Below, piece after piece: positions 61,469-63,101 of a DNA stretch of 63,101 nt. Location of the stretch: assembly GCF_041552635.1 (NCBI RefSeq), contig NZ_JBFEKM010000001.1, forward strand, positions 1-63,101. Reading direction: 5' to 3'. Source of the DNA: Sulfitobacter sp. GTDB taxonomy: Bacteria; Pseudomonadota; Alphaproteobacteria; Rhodobacterales; Rhodobacteraceae. How positions within the stretch are numbered: position 1 is the stretch's first letter; each line of letters starts with the position of its first letter. The notes beneath the pieces were generated by a model, which was given only the letters and a program-made list of their open reading frames with translations, was not told where the DNA came from and searched no databases. Both the position numbers and the translations under genes were made by a program.

Positions 61469-62533
61469 AACCAGATGATTGTCCCACGCGTGCTTGGCAC
61501 GCGACCGCGACTTCAGGTTTTGCCCGCGCAGCCCACATAGCAATCCGGTTCCGGACGTTACCGTAAACCCGTCCGAATGCGGTACGACCCCGCAGACGTC
61601 CTCCAGATCGACGCTATCCTTCAGGCAAGTATTTCGCGCGTCATAAAGATGCAGCACCCCGCCCCGCGGCGATGTCGCGGCAATGGACCTTCCGTCCTTT
61701 GAAAACGCAATGCTGCCGATATAACCGTCCAGCTTGCGCAGGTCATCGTCGGGCGTATCAAGCAAGACCATCGCTTGCCCTCTTTTATGCAGGCCAACCA
61801 GCGACGTGGCCGACGCGCCGCCTTGCCATTGCATCCCGAACGCCACATCGCCCGACGATGTGACATCCAGATGCCGGATTGAATTCTTGTGCAAGTCAGC
61901 GGGCAGACTGACCGCTTCCGTCACGCGACCATCCTCAATATAGGACAGATTGGGCTGCATTGTCGGGATGTTCAGCTTGGTGCGCCCAGATTCGGGATGC
62001 GTGTCGATGCCCCCATTGGCGATCACCAATACATCAGAAGCGGGCATCCGCTTGATATCATGCGGGCCGACGCCCCCGCTGTCGAATTCATTGACGCGCC
62101 GGTAACCTGCTGCAACGTCCCATACCCCGATGACACCACGACCCGCGTTAAAATCGTTTTCGGTTGTGAACAGCCAGGCACCGTCTGCGGAAAACGCCCC
62201 GTGACCGTAGAAATGCCTGCCCTCGGGCGCGCGAAGCGTCGCCTTGGGGGCCCCCTTTACACAGTCGATCACCATCGCAACTGTGCCGGGGCGACGGGCG
62301 AACGCTACCGCCTCGGGGCGCGTGGGGTGGCCTGCGGCGGCATGGCCCCGCACCGGCAACGGAATTTCAAAAACGATGTCCAGCGCGGCGCTGATTCCGC
62401 ACAGCGCGTATGACCCGTCCGGTTTTCCCGCAGCCGCCAGATAGGCTGGTGACCCTGCATCTGCCCAACTGGGTGCGGGTGCCAATCCTGCGGCCAACAA
62501 GCCACCTAGAAAACGGCGACGTCCCGTGTTCAT
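61460..62533 (-). CDS. DUF1513 Tat-exported beta-propeller protein
   Basis: RRRFL Tat motif, RGH, ARRPG, HFYGHG, TEND, GPHD, WDNH. Confidence 0.85.
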   Translation of the reverse strand: MNTGRRRFLGGLLAAGLAPAPSWADAGSPAYLAAAGKPDGSYALCGISAALDIVFEIPLPVRGHAAAGHPTRPEAVAFARRPGTVAMVIDCVKGAPKATLRAPEGRHFYGHGAFSADGAWLFTTENDFNAGRGVIGVWDVAAGYRRVNEFDSGGVGPHDIKRMPASDVLVIANGGIDTHPESGRTKLNIPTMQPNLSYIEDGRVTEAVSLPADLHKNSIRHLDVTSSGDVAFGMQWQGGASATSLVGLHKRGQAMVLLDTPDDDLRKLDGYIGSIAFSKDGRSIAATSPRGGVLHLYDARNTCLKDSVDLEDVCGVVPHSDGFTVTSGTGLLCGLRGQNLKSRSRAKHAWDNHLVLL

Positions 62534-62543
62534 TTTGTCCACG

Positions 62544-63101
62544 TCAATCCCCATCCAAAGCATTAAAGCCCGCCGCAACACCCAACGTCGGCCCCAGATC
62601 GTTTCGGACGGTGGCGCGGATGGCATCAATAGACTGCTGTACGACTTCGATCTTGAGGCGGCTTTGCGGGTCATCAACGCCTGCGAAAACCGGGTCGTTC
62701 AACGTCGCCAGTTGGCCAAGGGCTTTTTCGAAATCACCTTCCAGCTTGGCAGACAGGTCGGCGTTGCCCGTGGCCAGACGCAGCGCAAGATCCCTGAGCG
62801 ACAGCAGGCTAAGCCGTACATGCCGCGCCGACCGGCCCGAACGCCAACTTTCCGCGCGCGATGCACGCGGGCGGTCAAACGTCCCCAGTGGGCGGCCCAT
62901 GCGCACGTCTGATGTAAATTCCAGCCCCGCTGACACTGCCTTGAACAGCTCCTTGAGAACTTCGTCTTGGGAATGATATGTGCGGTCCGGACCGGGGTTC
63001 ATCAGGCGATCCGCATAGAAAGATTGCCAGTCGTCCAGTATAGCTGTGCTGTTGGCGGCGATATCACCGGCGACAGTCTGGATCAGCGTACAGTGATATC
63101 C
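62544..63101 (-). CDS. Imelysin-family iron-regulated protein, C-terminal part (5' truncated by window)
   Basis: Frame open to the window edge; RAESWRS and terminal GFNALDGD; upstream of DUF1513. Confidence 0.82.
   Translation of the reverse strand, partial: GYHCTLIQTVAGDIAANSTAILDDWQSFYADRLMNPGPDRTYHSQDEVLKELFKAVSAGLEFTSDVRMGRPLGTFDRPRASRAESWRSGRSARHVRLSLLSLRDLALRLATGNADLSAKLEGDFEKALGQLATLNDPVFAGVDDPQSRLKIEVVQQSIDAIRATVRNDLGPTLGVAAGFNALDGD

Overview
This 63-kb window looks like chromosomal DNA of a Rhodobacteraceae (Roseobacter-group) alphaproteobacterium, judged from gene content and order. About 1-43 kb is mostly core metabolism: the 3' end of deoD, sdhCDAB, mdh, the ethylmalonyl-CoA genes mcl2 and mch, sucCD-sucAB-lpdA, plsC-ftsX-ftsE, lysA-argH, edd-eda and nagK-nagA. 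Matching GTGATCAC-N13-GTGAT(C/A)AC operators lie upstream of sdhC and sucC, and a LacI-type palindrome lies upstream of edd. About 43-55 kb holds two convergent accessory modules. The first is an IclR-controlled aromatic catabolic operon with an unusual single-chain FAD hydroxylase/aryl-CoA ligase fusion, followed by a gentisate pathway. The second is a compact selenocysteine operon: selA-selB-selC (tRNA-Sec), a thioredoxin-fold fusion protein, and a 173-aa selenoprotein that the ORF track splits in two. That selenoprotein has an in-frame UGA in a U-G-S-C-T-T-C motif followed by a SECIS-like hairpin, and it resembles the Sec active-site segment of GrdB/PrdB-type reductase proteins. This Sec-machinery-plus-cargo module of unknown function is the best candidate for an undescribed system. 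All family assignments come from recognising motifs by eye, not from database searches.
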